Below, one piece after another: positions 1 to 10,257 of a stretch of DNA of 64,000 nucleotides. A program made the translations under genes and the position numbers. This stretch comes from an uncultured Methanosarcinales archaeon (GTDB lineage Archaea > Nanobdellota > Nanobdellia > Woesearchaeales > CALCXY01), in the NCBI GenBank assembly GCA_964385185.1, contig CAYLOA010000001.1:12507-76506 (forward strand), written 5' to 3'. Position 1 is the stretch's first letter. Each line of letters starts with the position of its first letter. The notes beneath the pieces are model-generated. The model was not told the DNA's origin and did not search any database. It saw only the letters and a list, made by a program, of their open reading frames with translations.

Positions 1-151
1 TTAAAATACCTCTAAGAGTACTCAAAGAATTATCTCCTTCAACACTAGTTGTAGTCTTTTCCAAATGTAATAACTTCTTTAATTGATCAGCCCTCCATTG
101 ATGGGGATCAGGTATTAAATCGGTATCAAGTACTTGTTTCATTTCAATCAT
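1..151 (-). CDS. hypothetical protein, N-terminal part only; gene continues beyond window edge
   Basis: ATG at 151..149 is preceded on the minus strand by GGAGG (complement of 152-156). It overlaps the aspartate kinase stop as ATGA. The frame stays open to position 1. Confidence 0.35.
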   Translation of the reverse strand, partial: MIEMKQVLDTDLIPDPHQWRADQLKKLLHLEKTTTSVEGDNSLSTLRGIL

Positions 152-1440
152 CCTCCAAAATAATGCTTATGTAATACCTTAACTGCTTTCTCAACATCTT
201 TCTCTTCTATAACAAAACCAATATTAATCTCAGAAGCTCCCTGACTAATCATCTCTACATGAATCTTATTATCAGATAAAATATCAAATATAGGGGCGGC
301 CTTTCCAATTTTCTGTTTCAATCCTTCACCAACAACAATAATAATTGCATTATTAGGCTTAACAGTAACATCTCCTAGAGCTTCTAACTCAGTTATTGCA
401 GGACCTAACAAATCTCCATTATCCACCGTAAGACTTACACTCACCTCTGAAGTTGCAAGCATATCTACACTAATCTTATGCTTTGCAAAAATAGTAAATA
501 AGTCTGCCAAAAATCCAGGAGCAGCCATCATTCGTGAAGTACTCACATTAACAACAGTAATTCCTTTCTTGCTACTAATAGCTTTAACAATACCCTTACT
601 TTGTTTAACCATACTCACAACACGAGTCCCTGCAGAGGTAGGTTCTAAAGTATTCAAAACAACAACAGGAATGCTATGATCCACAGCAGGTAAAATAGTT
701 TTTGGATGTAACACTTTAGCTCCAAAATAAGACAATTCAGCAGCTTCGTCATAACTAATTTCTGAAATAGTGTGTGCATCTTTTACAATTCTCGGATCGG
801 CACTCATAACTCCTGTTACATCTGTCCAAATTTGAATTTCAGATACTGCTAATGCAGCTCCAATGATAGCAGCAGTATAATCACTTCCCCCTCTACCAAA
901 GGTTGTAATCACACCCTCTTCACTTTTTCCGATAAATCCTGTTACTATTGGAACATCGGTAACTGAAGAAAGATTTTTCTCAAGTTCTATGTATGATTCA
1001 GGAAGCAATTCAGCCTCAGTAGGGGTACTATCGGTCTGCATTCCAATATCATACGCATTATGTGCAGTTGCAGCTATCCCTTCCTTAACAAGATAGGCAG
1101 CCAATATTTTGGTGCTTAATCGTTCTCCAAAACTCACTATAGTATCCATCTGAGTTGCGTCAGGTGTACCTACTTTTTTAACAAAAGTTTCCAATTCGTC
1201 CAATTCTGACAATACTTCTTCAGATATTCCTAAAGAACTTACAATTTGAGTGTGTTTCTTTCTAATTCCTGCTAGATCAATCTTTCCAGTAGCAGCTTCA
1301 AGTAACATATCAGTCACTCCCCCTACTGCACTCAGTACAACAACGGGTTTTTCATCTAGCTTAGACTGGATAATCTTCGCCACTTGTTGTATCCTTTCAG
1401 CACTTCCAACAGAAGTACCTCCGAATTTCATAACTATCAT
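148..1440 (-). CDS. lysC: aspartate kinase (aspartokinase)
   Basis: N-terminus MIVMKFGGTSVGS is the classic amino-acid kinase opening. There is a GRGGSDYTA-type motif and a C-terminal ACT-like region. Length is 430 aa. Confidence 0.85.
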   Translation of the reverse strand: MIVMKFGGTSVGSAERIQQVAKIIQSKLDEKPVVVLSAVGGVTDMLLEAATGKIDLAGIRKKHTQIVSSLGISEEVLSELDELETFVKKVGTPDATQMDTIVSFGERLSTKILAAYLVKEGIAATAHNAYDIGMQTDSTPTEAELLPESYIELEKNLSSVTDVPIVTGFIGKSEEGVITTFGRGGSDYTAAIIGAALAVSEIQIWTDVTGVMSADPRIVKDAHTISEISYDEAAELSYFGAKVLHPKTILPAVDHSIPVVVLNTLEPTSAGTRVVSMVKQSKGIVKAISSKKGITVVNVSTSRMMAAPGFLADLFTIFAKHKISVDMLATSEVSVSLTVDNGDLLGPAITELEALGDVTVKPNNAIIIVVGEGLKQKIGKAAPIFDILSDNKIHVEMISQGASEINIGFVIEEKDVEKAVKVLHKHYFGG

Positions 1441-1543
1441 TAGAACAAGTAAGTAAAATCAATTTAAAAAGGTTGTTGAAAAAAGAACAATTGAGTATGA
1501 ATTTCGCAAAAAACAAATCTTTTTAAGATAGCATTGATTCTCC

Positions 1544-2533
1544 TTGTCTATGGATATTGTAAGATTTGATGAATACATGGAAACCATATTTGTTGATAAC
1601 CATACGAAAATAGGTAATGATTGGGCAAATCCTTTTTCCCGAGCCGAAATTCTTACAGAAAATAACAGAAAACTCAAGCCACAATATGAAATGGAATCTG
1701 AATGGCACAAATCACTACAAGAAGTACTAGTTCATATTGAACAGGAAGGAGGAATCAAAGAAGGAGCATTCTACGAGCATATGTTTGCAATTAATAGTAT
1801 TGCAAGACACATCACCCATTTAACATATCATGGGGATCTAGAAAATGCATGGTTACCAGATGATAGAGCAGGTGTACTAGCAACACTAGAACAATCTGCT
1901 CGATTCCCTGAAGATAAAATCTATAGAAACCAAAATATTAACAGTACACGTAGTGGATGGGAAGGTACATTATTCGATAGAGAATTTACACCACATCTAT
2001 CTCATTTTAGGATGTACCATCAAGGTCATAGAGATACACTTAATGTAAAAACTGTCGATGTAAATGATTTAATAAAGGGAATAGAAAATTTTTGTCTTGA
2101 TTTCAGTAAAGATAATTATACAGTTGATATTCAACTTCCGTATTCCGCTAAAGAATTTGAAGGTTATGTAGGAAGATTCAATGAAGAGTTTGGGAATACA
2201 ATAAGGATTAGATCGGTAAATGATGAATGTCATTCAGTAATGGTAGAATTTCCTGAGAATCCAACCGATTTAGGAAGAAAATTTGAACAATATGGCCAAG
2301 AATTAGGAATAAATGTTGAATTAAACTTTGGCCCTAGAATGCCATATCTTTCTGGTGAGTTAGATGAAAGAGATATTAATCTATTTGCAGGACCTCAACT
2401 AGAAATAGATGGAAGTGAAATTAGATATGATGCTACTGAACATGCTAAATGCAGTACAGCATTCTTTCCTCATTTGAATTTAGAAATGACTCTACCTTTA
2501 ATAAAAAAATACGTACAAGAAAAAATAAAATAA
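1544..2533 (+). CDS. hypothetical protein
   Basis: 329-aa ORF with complex composition and no antisense competitor of comparable length. I recognise no motif. Confidence 0.5.
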   Translation: MSMDIVRFDEYMETIFVDNHTKIGNDWANPFSRAEILTENNRKLKPQYEMESEWHKSLQEVLVHIEQEGGIKEGAFYEHMFAINSIARHITHLTYHGDLENAWLPDDRAGVLATLEQSARFPEDKIYRNQNINSTRSGWEGTLFDREFTPHLSHFRMYHQGHRDTLNVKTVDVNDLIKGIENFCLDFSKDNYTVDIQLPYSAKEFEGYVGRFNEEFGNTIRIRSVNDECHSVMVEFPENPTDLGRKFEQYGQELGINVELNFGPRMPYLSGELDERDINLFAGPQLEIDGSEIRYDATEHAKCSTAFFPHLNLEMTLPLIKKYVQEKIK

Positions 2534-3007
2534 TTATTTCTCAGCTGGTTTTTCTTCCTTCTTAGGTTTTTCTTTCTTCTCTTCAGGTTTAGCTTCTTCT
2601 TTAGGAGCATCTCCTTCAGCAGGCGCTTCAGCCTTCTTTTCAACCTTAGAAAGATCTTCTTTACCAACTTTTAGAACTTTCAAATTAACTTGAGTAATAG
2701 AAGTTCCAATAGCATTTCCCGTAATAGTTTTTCTTAATTTAATACCTTTTGCTACTTTCTTAACACCTACACCTTTAACAGTTAGTACTTTCTTTCTAGC
2801 ATTACCTGGAACATCTCTTCTCATAGGAAATCCTGCATTATCAGAACCACCTGTAACTTCAAACTCATATCCTTCTAAACCGAGAGAACTTCCTTCTACT
2901 TTATCTCCAATTTTCTTACCCACTAAAGATTGAGCTTCAGAATCCTTAACTTCTTTCTGTACGCATTTTCCGTTCTTAAATCCTAATACAACTTTATATT
3001 CTGCCAT
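2534..3007 (-). CDS. rps6e: 30S ribosomal protein S6e with K/E/P-rich C-terminal tail
   Basis: MAEYKVV start and a GGSDNAGFPM motif matching the S6e GGNDKQGFPM. I chose the second ATG (3007) because GGCGGAG lies upstream of it. The ORF track begins at 3025. Confidence 0.8.
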   Translation of the reverse strand: MAEYKVVLGFKNGKCVQKEVKDSEAQSLVGKKIGDKVEGSSLGLEGYEFEVTGGSDNAGFPMRRDVPGNARKKVLTVKGVGVKKVAKGIKLRKTITGNAIGTSITQVNLKVLKVGKEDLSKVEKKAEAPAEGDAPKEEAKPEEKKEKPKKEEKPAEK

Positions 3008-3127
3008 ATTCAATATCTCCGCCATAGCACTTCAAACGAGTACTCAGCTGAATATAAAGAACTTAATTCCTTTTATAAGCGTTTTGGTATACTTCAAGGC
3101 TAATATAGGTTCAAAATAAATAAAAAA

Positions 3128-4450
3128 TTAATGTTTAAACTTCCTAATGCCTGTAAAGATCATATTAATTTCTCTAGCATTTGCAGCATTGATGACATCA
3201 TCATCATACTTTGATCCTCCAGGAGTTATGACTGTCTTAATTCCTGCATCAGCAACAGCATGAAGAGTATCTTGCTTAGGGAAAAATGCATCTGAGTAAA
3301 GAATTACCTTATTAGATCCTAAGATATCTCGAACGTACCCATTAACCTGAGCGACCATCTTAGTATTGTAACCACTATCCTGCATCATCCGATCCATCTC
3401 CATAGCATAATCTCGTCCCTGCTCTCTGAACATCTGACGCATAAGATTCTCTTTTGCTTTAGCTTGAGCAAGCTTCCAGACTGAGTCTACTCTATTTGGT
3501 TGACCAGTTCCTGCTCCTAAAACCCTATACTCTCCTTTTTGTCCATCTTGGTAAGCTATAACAATTGCATTAGATTTAGTATGTTTACCAGCCTTAATGC
3601 CAAATTCAATTAATGATGTCCGATCCACTGCAAATTCATGTTGAGTAACAAGACCGACTTGATATACATTTTCACTGTTTGGTTCTACAATTGAAACTGC
3701 TGGTTTCACCAAGTCACCTACATTATCACACAAATAGAGTTTACTACTTTGTGTTTTAGTCAATACTCCACCACGAATATGTTTGACCTCAGTAAACTCT
3801 GGAGCATCTGATAGAACACCAGTGGCAATGACACGCAAATCCTTTTTAGATTTTAATCCTTGAATCCACTTGATGGCACCCTCACTAAACTCTGAAGCAA
3901 TAACAGCTTCAACGTACTTACCAGATAAAGCTTTGATAGATAATTCATCGACAGGTCTACTGAATCCTACTACACTACCGTAAGCACTAATTTCATCCCC
4001 AAACCATGCTCGTTCAAAAGCTTCTTTCAAAGTATTTCCTTCTGCTAACCCACAAGGGGTTTGGTGTTTAATAACAACTGCTGCATCACGATACATCACT
4101 TTAGCATAATCACCTGGAAATACATCACTCTCCCTCTCCACATCATGCATATTAAACCCAACAATAGGCAAAGAATCCTTCCCTTGTAATCCACCTAATT
4201 GTTGAGCACGCTCCTCAACATTACAGTCTTTATCGCCCCAACGTGTAGTCACTAAAAACTGAGGCCTATTGCCTCTATGTTCAGCACACGCAAGAACAGT
4301 ACTTTCACTACCATCCATAAAATCCCAATAAGATCTACTATCACATATCTGAGAAGTTTCACTTTTAGAAACAGTCTTACTTGTTGACAAATCAGGGGTC
4401 AGATGATCATACATAGAACGATACATCTCCCACCGATAGCCATACACCAT
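3128..4450 (-). CDS. purH: AICAR transformylase domain protein (PurH-like, AICARFT/IMPCHase family, formyltransferase half)
   Basis: C-terminus ...GIRKFKH resembles the PurH ...RHFRH ending. There is an internal IKHQTPCG-like segment. At 440 aa it is shorter than bifunctional PurH, which suggests only the formyltransferase half is present. Confidence 0.65.
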   Translation of the reverse strand: MVYGYRWEMYRSMYDHLTPDLSTSKTVSKSETSQICDSRSYWDFMDGSESTVLACAEHRGNRPQFLVTTRWGDKDCNVEERAQQLGGLQGKDSLPIVGFNMHDVERESDVFPGDYAKVMYRDAAVVIKHQTPCGLAEGNTLKEAFERAWFGDEISAYGSVVGFSRPVDELSIKALSGKYVEAVIASEFSEGAIKWIQGLKSKKDLRVIATGVLSDAPEFTEVKHIRGGVLTKTQSSKLYLCDNVGDLVKPAVSIVEPNSENVYQVGLVTQHEFAVDRTSLIEFGIKAGKHTKSNAIVIAYQDGQKGEYRVLGAGTGQPNRVDSVWKLAQAKAKENLMRQMFREQGRDYAMEMDRMMQDSGYNTKMVAQVNGYVRDILGSNKVILYSDAFFPKQDTLHAVADAGIKTVITPGGSKYDDDVINAANAREINMIFTGIRKFKH

Positions 4451-4539
4451 CCATCACTCCATCACTTATAAACATTTATCTACTCAAATACACATATCCA
4501 ACCACTCCATTTATAAACCTCCACAAACAACTAATCCTT

Positions 4540-5523
4540 ATGGGATTCCAAGATATTAATCCAATTGAAAAATACCAATTCTTCCTAGATTTAGCTTTCA
4601 GACACGCTAAACAAAGAGCCGAAGATTTAAGATCTAAAAAACTAACAGGAGATAGAATTAAAATAGGGATCCAAATCAACTTAATCAAAGTTGACGTCAT
4701 CCAAGCAACCTTACATGGAAGATTCTCATCCATCCTAAAACAATTTCCTCAAATAGACGATCTAGATCCCTTCTATCAAGGATTAGTAAAAGCAACCATG
4801 GATTATGTAGAAGTAAAACAAGCCTTAGGTGCTTTCAACTGGGCACTAAAAAAAATAAAAGCATTAACACAATCCTACAAAGCTAAAATAAAAATGAATA
4901 TGATATATGGAAACTTTCCAAAACTGTTCGGAGAGTATGTCGGAAGAATTTCCTCAGTAGTTAAACAAATTAAATCAGCATTTACAACATTAGAAGAAGC
5001 AAGAAGAGTATTCAAAGCATTTCCTAATATTAAAACAAAATTACCAACAGTATCTATTGTAGGTTTTCCAAACATTGGTAAAACAACTTTACTCTACAAA
5101 TTAACAGGTTCAAAACCAGAAATTAACGAATATGCATTTACTACAAAAAATATCAATATCGCATACCTAAAAAAAGATAAAAAGAAAATACAATTCTTAG
5201 ATACTCCTGGAACATTAAACAGAGAAAAAGAAAATAGAATTGAAATGCAAGCAAATCTTGCATTAAAACATGTTACTGACATTGTAGTCTACATTTTCGA
5301 TTTAACAGAACCTTATCCAATGAAAGATCAAAAACTACTCCTAGAAAAAACAAAAGAATGTGGTAAACCTATAATCCTCTACCTTTCAAAAACAGATCTA
5401 TTGAAAGAAGATCAGGCAGAAGCGTTTAGAAAAGAATATGATGTTACTACAAGCCCTTCCGAATTAAAGACTATTCTACTCCAGAAACTAGAAGAGCATA
5501 TAAAGCCTAAAGCAAAAGAATAG
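4540..5523 (+). CDS. NOG1-family GTP-binding protein
   Basis: G1 motif IVGFPNIGKTTLL, DTPG and a later TKxD. There is an N-terminal helical region and a K-rich C-terminus typical of NOG1 GTPases. Confidence 0.75.
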   Translation: MGFQDINPIEKYQFFLDLAFRHAKQRAEDLRSKKLTGDRIKIGIQINLIKVDVIQATLHGRFSSILKQFPQIDDLDPFYQGLVKATMDYVEVKQALGAFNWALKKIKALTQSYKAKIKMNMIYGNFPKLFGEYVGRISSVVKQIKSAFTTLEEARRVFKAFPNIKTKLPTVSIVGFPNIGKTTLLYKLTGSKPEINEYAFTTKNINIAYLKKDKKKIQFLDTPGTLNREKENRIEMQANLALKHVTDIVVYIFDLTEPYPMKDQKLLLEKTKECGKPIILYLSKTDLLKEDQAEAFRKEYDVTTSPSELKTILLQKLEEHIKPKAKE

Positions 5524-5526
5524 TAT

Positions 5527-5649
5527 ATGGACTATCAACCTGCATCTTCAATTGAAGTATGTGTAAACCATCTCTTTAAACCAATAAAAAGAATAGAAAA
5601 AGAAGGACATGGTGATTGCACCAACTGTACACCAGACGAAAACAACTAA
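5527..5649 (+). CDS. small Cys/His-containing protein (40 aa), possible zinc-binding
   Basis: ATG lies 3 nt after the NOG1 stop. The 41-codon frame contains CVNH...CTNC. It is not in the ORF track, which uses a length cutoff. Confidence 0.25.
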   Translation: MDYQPASSIEVCVNHLFKPIKRIEKEGHGDCTNCTPDENN

Positions 5650-5698
5650 TACTGTACAGGATATCAAAGAACTATTCTGCACACATTCTTCGTAAAAC

Positions 5699-6547
5699 CT
5701 AACGACGCTTCATATGCACATCCATCTGAGGATAGGGAATAACGATCTTGTTTTTATCAAAGTTCTCTTTAACATTCTTTAACATGTCAAATTTAACTCC
5801 CCAATAATCTTCTTTCTTAACGAAAACCCTCATAGCGAGATTAACTGAAGAATCAGCCAATTCTTTAACAACAACTTGAGGCTCAGGATCATCTAATATC
5901 CTTTCCTCTTTCTTAATTAAAGCTTCTAACACTTTAGTAGCTTTTTTCATATCAGCATCATAATGAATACCAAATATAATCTCCAACCTTCTTTCTTTCA
6001 AACCAGAATAATTAGTAATAGCACTTCCCCATACTCGTCCATTAGGCAAAGTAACTAATTTTCCATCAAAAGTATGAATTTCCGTAGCCGCAATTCCAAT
6101 TCGATCAACAGTTCCTTTCACTTTAGCAGCTTCAACAAAATCTCCCACCTTAAAGGGCCTATGAAATAAGATAAAAATTCCTGCAGCCAAATTTCCCAAA
6201 GTATCTTTTAACGCAAAACCCACAATAAATCCCATAATACCAAGTCCTGCTACTAATCCTGATACATTCACCCCGAGATTAGACAAAATAATCACAAGTA
6301 AAATTAACCACAATGCTACTTTAGCTAAATTTTCAATAAAGGTCTCAGCACTTCTTTCAAAATCTACTTTATCAAAAAAATGTTTAATAATAGAAGTGAT
6401 AATTCGAATAACAATCCAACCAATAATAAATATGACTACAACACCAATAAGACGAGGCACATAGCTCGTAAAACTAGATAATAAGTCTGCCTTGTAAGCA
6501 GAAAAGTCAGTAAAAACCAATCCAGTGATATCATTCATACCTGCCAT
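5699..6547 (-). CDS. mechanosensitive ion channel protein (MscS family)
   Basis: Three N-terminal TM helices followed by an MscS-like beta domain (GDFVEAAKVKGTVDRIGIAATEIHTFDGKLVTLPNG). Confidence 0.8.
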   Translation of the reverse strand: MAGMNDITGLVFTDFSAYKADLLSSFTSYVPRLIGVVVIFIIGWIVIRIITSIIKHFFDKVDFERSAETFIENLAKVALWLILLVIILSNLGVNVSGLVAGLGIMGFIVGFALKDTLGNLAAGIFILFHRPFKVGDFVEAAKVKGTVDRIGIAATEIHTFDGKLVTLPNGRVWGSAITNYSGLKERRLEIIFGIHYDADMKKATKVLEALIKKEERILDDPEPQVVVKELADSSVNLAMRVFVKKEDYWGVKFDMLKNVKENFDKNKIVIPYPQMDVHMKRR

Positions 6548-6619
6548 AAAAGAGAAAGAAGAACTGTCTCTTATAAACTTTTCCCATAATTATTTATAGT
6601 TCAATGACCAAATGAATAT

Positions 6620-6823
6620 ATGAAAGCACTACTATTTATATTTTGTATCTTAATTTTACTATCTGCCTGTTCAAATGATCAAAAACAACAAGATTATGAG
6701 CAGTGTATTGCATTCTGTAGTGCATCTGTAGATTCAAATGCAATAGATCCTTTAGAAAATGAAGAACTAGATTTTGTTACCATAGAATTATGCAGAGAAG
6801 AATGTGAAGAATTTCTTACTTAA
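6620..6823 (+). CDS. small secreted Cys-rich lipoprotein (putative)
   Basis: Signal peptide with a lipobox-like LLSAC, then six Cys residues. Length 67 aa. Confidence 0.4.
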   Translation: MKALLFIFCILILLSACSNDQKQQDYEQCIAFCSASVDSNAIDPLENEELDFVTIELCREECEEFLT

Positions 6824-7553
6824 TGGTTCCTATCTGCCACATCTTCATGACCATTCTACTTACTCTGTCAATATCAGGCTCTCCGCCTTTTAACATCAAT
6901 TTCTTTTTCATGGCAATTTCTTCTAAAGTTGCAAATTTATCTTTACGCACTTTAACATCGAAATGTGCCTCAATAACTCCTACATGATCTTCCATAATAT
7001 CCATAAGCACGACATCTGGTTCTTTAATTTTTCCATAATCAATACTACCCACTTTTGCAAGTTTTGTTTTATCTTTATCATCATACGGAATCACTCCTGG
7101 AGAATCTATCAACATGATATTACCAGCCCGAACGTGCTGTCTTCCTTTTGTATATCCAGACTCAGAACTTGATTTAGCACTTGCTCGTCCTTTTAACACA
7201 TTAATAACAGAACTTTTCCCCACATTAGGATATCCTAACACACCTACTCGAGGTTTTGTCCATCCTAATCGTTTAGCTTCAATCTGGATTCTCTCTCGTA
7301 ATTTACCATAACCGGTGTGTTCTTTAGAACTAACATAAACTACACGAACTGCTCTTTTCAACTGTTTTTCAAGCGATTTACGATCTACTAAATCTGATTT
7401 ATTCACAACAGTGATCAACACTTTCCCTTTGATAGCTACTTTATCCTCTATCTCAAAGTTCCTTGTCTCATTCAGATACCGTGCATCAACTACTTGCAGT
7501 ATAATATCAGCATCATCAATGACTGTGTTTACTATTTTCCAAAAATTTCCCAT
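6816..7553 (-). CDS. circularly permuted GTPase (YlqF/RbgA-like ribosome biogenesis GTPase)
   Basis: Motif order is G4 (VVNKSDL), then G1 (GYPNVGKSS), then G3 (DSPG), which indicates circular permutation. I moved the start to the internal ATG at 7553 (MGNFWKIV). The track start at 7628 would leave only 5 nt to the divergent neighbour. Confidence 0.7.
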   Translation of the reverse strand: MGNFWKIVNTVIDDADIILQVVDARYLNETRNFEIEDKVAIKGKVLITVVNKSDLVDRKSLEKQLKRAVRVVYVSSKEHTGYGKLRERIQIEAKRLGWTKPRVGVLGYPNVGKSSVINVLKGRASAKSSSESGYTKGRQHVRAGNIMLIDSPGVIPYDDKDKTKLAKVGSIDYGKIKEPDVVLMDIMEDHVGVIEAHFDVKVRKDKFATLEEIAMKKKLMLKGGEPDIDRVSRMVMKMWQIGTIK

Positions 7554-7633
7554 ACAAATACGTAACCTTTTCCCCTTTTTAATAGTTACCTCACCGCAAC
7601 AATCTTTAAATACTTTCCACACAAACAAGTATC

Positions 7634-8824
7634 ATGTCCATCATTGCAGATCTGCACCTTCATTCTAAACATTCAAGAGCATGCTCAAAAAACCTCACCT
7701 TAGAAAACCTCGAAAAATATGCAAAATTGAAAGGTGTAGACCTCCTAGGAACGGGAGATTTCTGTCATCCTATCTGGAATAAGGAAATAAAGAAAAAACT
7801 AACAGAAGACTCTTCTGGAATTTTGAGAACCAAAACAGGGTTTCCATTCATGCTCTCAAATGAAATATCTTTAATGTATTCTCAAGATGATAAAGGAAGA
7901 AGAGTACACTTAATTCTTCTAGCACCCAACTTGGAAGTAGTTGACCAAATTACTGAATACCTCCTAAGCAAAGGAAGAATTGATTACGATGGAAGGCCTA
8001 TTTTCAAAATTCCTTGTCCTGAATTCACAGAAAGCTTAAAACAAATCTCAGAAAAAATAGAAGTCATTCCTGCACATATCTGGACGCCTTGGTTTAGCAT
8101 GTTTGGAGCAAAATCTGACTTCAACACAGTAAAAGAATGTTTCCAAGACCAAACAAAAAATATTCATGCCATTGAAACAGGATTATCTTCAGATCCTCCT
8201 ATGAATCATCGTCTGTCACAATTGGATAAATACAATATTCTCTCCTTTAGCGACGCACATTCTTTCTGGCCCTGGAGATTGGGAAGAGAAGCTACCCTTT
8301 TCGATACAGAATTTAATTACACACATATCATCAAAGCTATCAGAACAGGAGATAACTTAGCAGGAACGATTGAAGTAGATCCCAACTATGGAAAATATCA
8401 CTACGATGGCCATAGAAAATGTAATATTTCATTCCATCCCAAAGAATCCCTGAAAAATAATGGAATCTGTCCTGTATGTAAAAAGCCATTAATCATAGGC
8501 GTACAATACCGAGTAGAAGAACTTGCAGACCGTCCAGAAGGATACGTAAAAAAGGACGCCAAACCATTTGAATCATTAATGCCTTTGTCAGAACTCTTAG
8601 CAAGTCTCCTAAATACTACTCCTGCAACTAAAAAAGTGGGAGAATTCCATAAAAGTCTCTTAAGGAATACCTCTGAATACCATGTATTAAGAAAAATGGA
8701 TAAAAAAGAATTAATTAAACGGACAGATGAAAATATTGCAAAAGTCATCCTAAAAAACAGAGCTGGGAAGATTAAAATAAAACCAGGCTATGATGGAGTC
8801 TATGGTGTTCCTTTATTAGAATAA
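7634..8824 (+). CDS. PHP-domain nuclease, endonuclease Q-like
   Basis: N-terminus MSIIADLHLHSKHS matches the PHP HxH motif and resembles the EndoQ start. There is a C-terminal zinc ribbon (CPVCKK...) near the end. Length is 396 aa. Confidence 0.55.
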   Translation: MSIIADLHLHSKHSRACSKNLTLENLEKYAKLKGVDLLGTGDFCHPIWNKEIKKKLTEDSSGILRTKTGFPFMLSNEISLMYSQDDKGRRVHLILLAPNLEVVDQITEYLLSKGRIDYDGRPIFKIPCPEFTESLKQISEKIEVIPAHIWTPWFSMFGAKSDFNTVKECFQDQTKNIHAIETGLSSDPPMNHRLSQLDKYNILSFSDAHSFWPWRLGREATLFDTEFNYTHIIKAIRTGDNLAGTIEVDPNYGKYHYDGHRKCNISFHPKESLKNNGICPVCKKPLIIGVQYRVEELADRPEGYVKKDAKPFESLMPLSELLASLLNTTPATKKVGEFHKSLLRNTSEYHVLRKMDKKELIKRTDENIAKVILKNRAGKIKIKPGYDGVYGVPLLE

Positions 8825-8851
8825 GAGAAAATTAAAAGAAAAAAATAAAAA

Positions 8852-10183
8852 TTAATTAAAAGCTCCTGGATCAAAGTTAGGAGGTCTATTCACATCAGCA
8901 ACATTAATAGTAATTTCTTTTGTCACTGTGTTAAATCCATCCGTAGCAGTAATCACAACAGGATGACTTCCTGAATCCTGGAAATCAGTCTGAAATCGAT
9001 CTGTAACCATCCATCCTGAGTACGTTAGTGCTATATCATCACCTTCAGGATCTGATGTAACCACATCAAGAACAACCAAGTCTCCTTCATTGTAGCTCAA
9101 GACATCCGAAATCTCTAGTATAGGTGGATTATTAGGGCTTCGAACACTCACGGTAACATCTTTTGTCACGGTATCACTACCATCAGAGACACTCACCGTA
9201 ATTCGATATTCTCCCAAATCGTCAGTTGAAGTTTCCCAAGTACCATCATTCTTAACAGGACTTGAAAAGCTCATACTCAAGACATCATTATCTGGATCTT
9301 CAGATACAACAGCTAATGATAAAGATTGTCCTGCAACAACATCTAATCCTGTAACACTTCGAATAACAGGTGGTCGATTTACGTTATTAACAACAACAAT
9401 TACATTTTCTGTTGTACTTCGTTGACCATCTGAAGCAGTTACCTTAACAGTATAGGTACCTGCACTGGAAAAGTCAGTAGCTTTCTCTTTAGAGTTCATC
9501 CAACCAGAGATAGTAATAGTAGTTCTATCAGAATCTGGATCTGAAGCAGTTGGATTAATCTTCACTGTCTCACCCTCATTCACAAAAACACTCTTTTTAA
9601 CTCGAACAATAGGTGCTTTGTTCTTAGATTCAACGAATAAAATAATATCTTGATTTGTTTGTTGTTTTCCATCAGACGCAATAATTGAAACTTTATACTC
9701 TCCTGCATCTCCTACACGAGTCTGCCATTGGCCAAATTCATTTAAAGGAGCAGAAAATGTATATTGAATAGTATCTCCATCTGGATCTGTTGCTCGCAAA
9801 TTAGGAAAACTAACAAACTCTCCTTCGGTAACTGTCTTTCGTGGAAGTTCTACAACAGTAGCTTCAGTCTCACCTGTAATAATCTCCTCAGATGTTTCAA
9901 TAACTACAGCTCCCGTAGGAGTTTCACTCATTTCAACTTCAACAACAGGTTCTTCTTCGACCGTTTCAGACTGTTCTTCTATAACTTGTTCAACTTTCTC
10001 TTCAATACTCGTTTCTTCCTCTTCTACGTCAACACACACTAAATCTCCATTAACATCCCTAATCAATTGACTAGGAGGCTCACAGATAGTGTCCTCAGCA
10101 GCTGGAAGTACGAAATATTCACATCCAGATAAAAAGAGTACAAGAACTGCTATTGTTAAAATTGTTTTTTTCATAATCAACAC
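8852..10183 (-). CDS. secreted lipoprotein with four cadherin-like/Ig-like repeats
   Basis: Signal peptide plus LSGC lipobox. Four repeats each carry an xDPDxD motif: TDPDGDTIQYTFS, SDPDSDRTTITISGWM, EDPDNDVLSMSFSS and SDPEGDDIALTYSGWM. Confidence 0.7.
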   Translation of the reverse strand: MLIMKKTILTIAVLVLFLSGCEYFVLPAAEDTICEPPSQLIRDVNGDLVCVDVEEEETSIEEKVEQVIEEQSETVEEEPVVEVEMSETPTGAVVIETSEEIITGETEATVVELPRKTVTEGEFVSFPNLRATDPDGDTIQYTFSAPLNEFGQWQTRVGDAGEYKVSIIASDGKQQTNQDIILFVESKNKAPIVRVKKSVFVNEGETVKINPTASDPDSDRTTITISGWMNSKEKATDFSSAGTYTVKVTASDGQRSTTENVIVVVNNVNRPPVIRSVTGLDVVAGQSLSLAVVSEDPDNDVLSMSFSSPVKNDGTWETSTDDLGEYRITVSVSDGSDTVTKDVTVSVRSPNNPPILEISDVLSYNEGDLVVLDVVTSDPEGDDIALTYSGWMVTDRFQTDFQDSGSHPVVITATDGFNTVTKEITINVADVNRPPNFDPGAFN

Positions 10184-10257
10184 CCCATTTGAATAATTAT
10201 ATACTTTTCACTAAGATGAGGCTTCTATTTAAACATTATTGTGGTATAGAATAGAGC

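Noticed and set aside
1250-1710. Small ORFs overlapping the aspartate kinase 5' end and the upstream intergenic region
   Set aside because: Their composition is Cys/Phe/Ser-rich or hydrophobic nonsense. The real gene on the other strand is well supported.
2470-2667. K/R-rich 65-aa ORF antisense to the S6e tail
   Set aside because: It is a mirror image of the Lys/Glu-rich codons of the S6e C-terminal tail. It has no independent start context.
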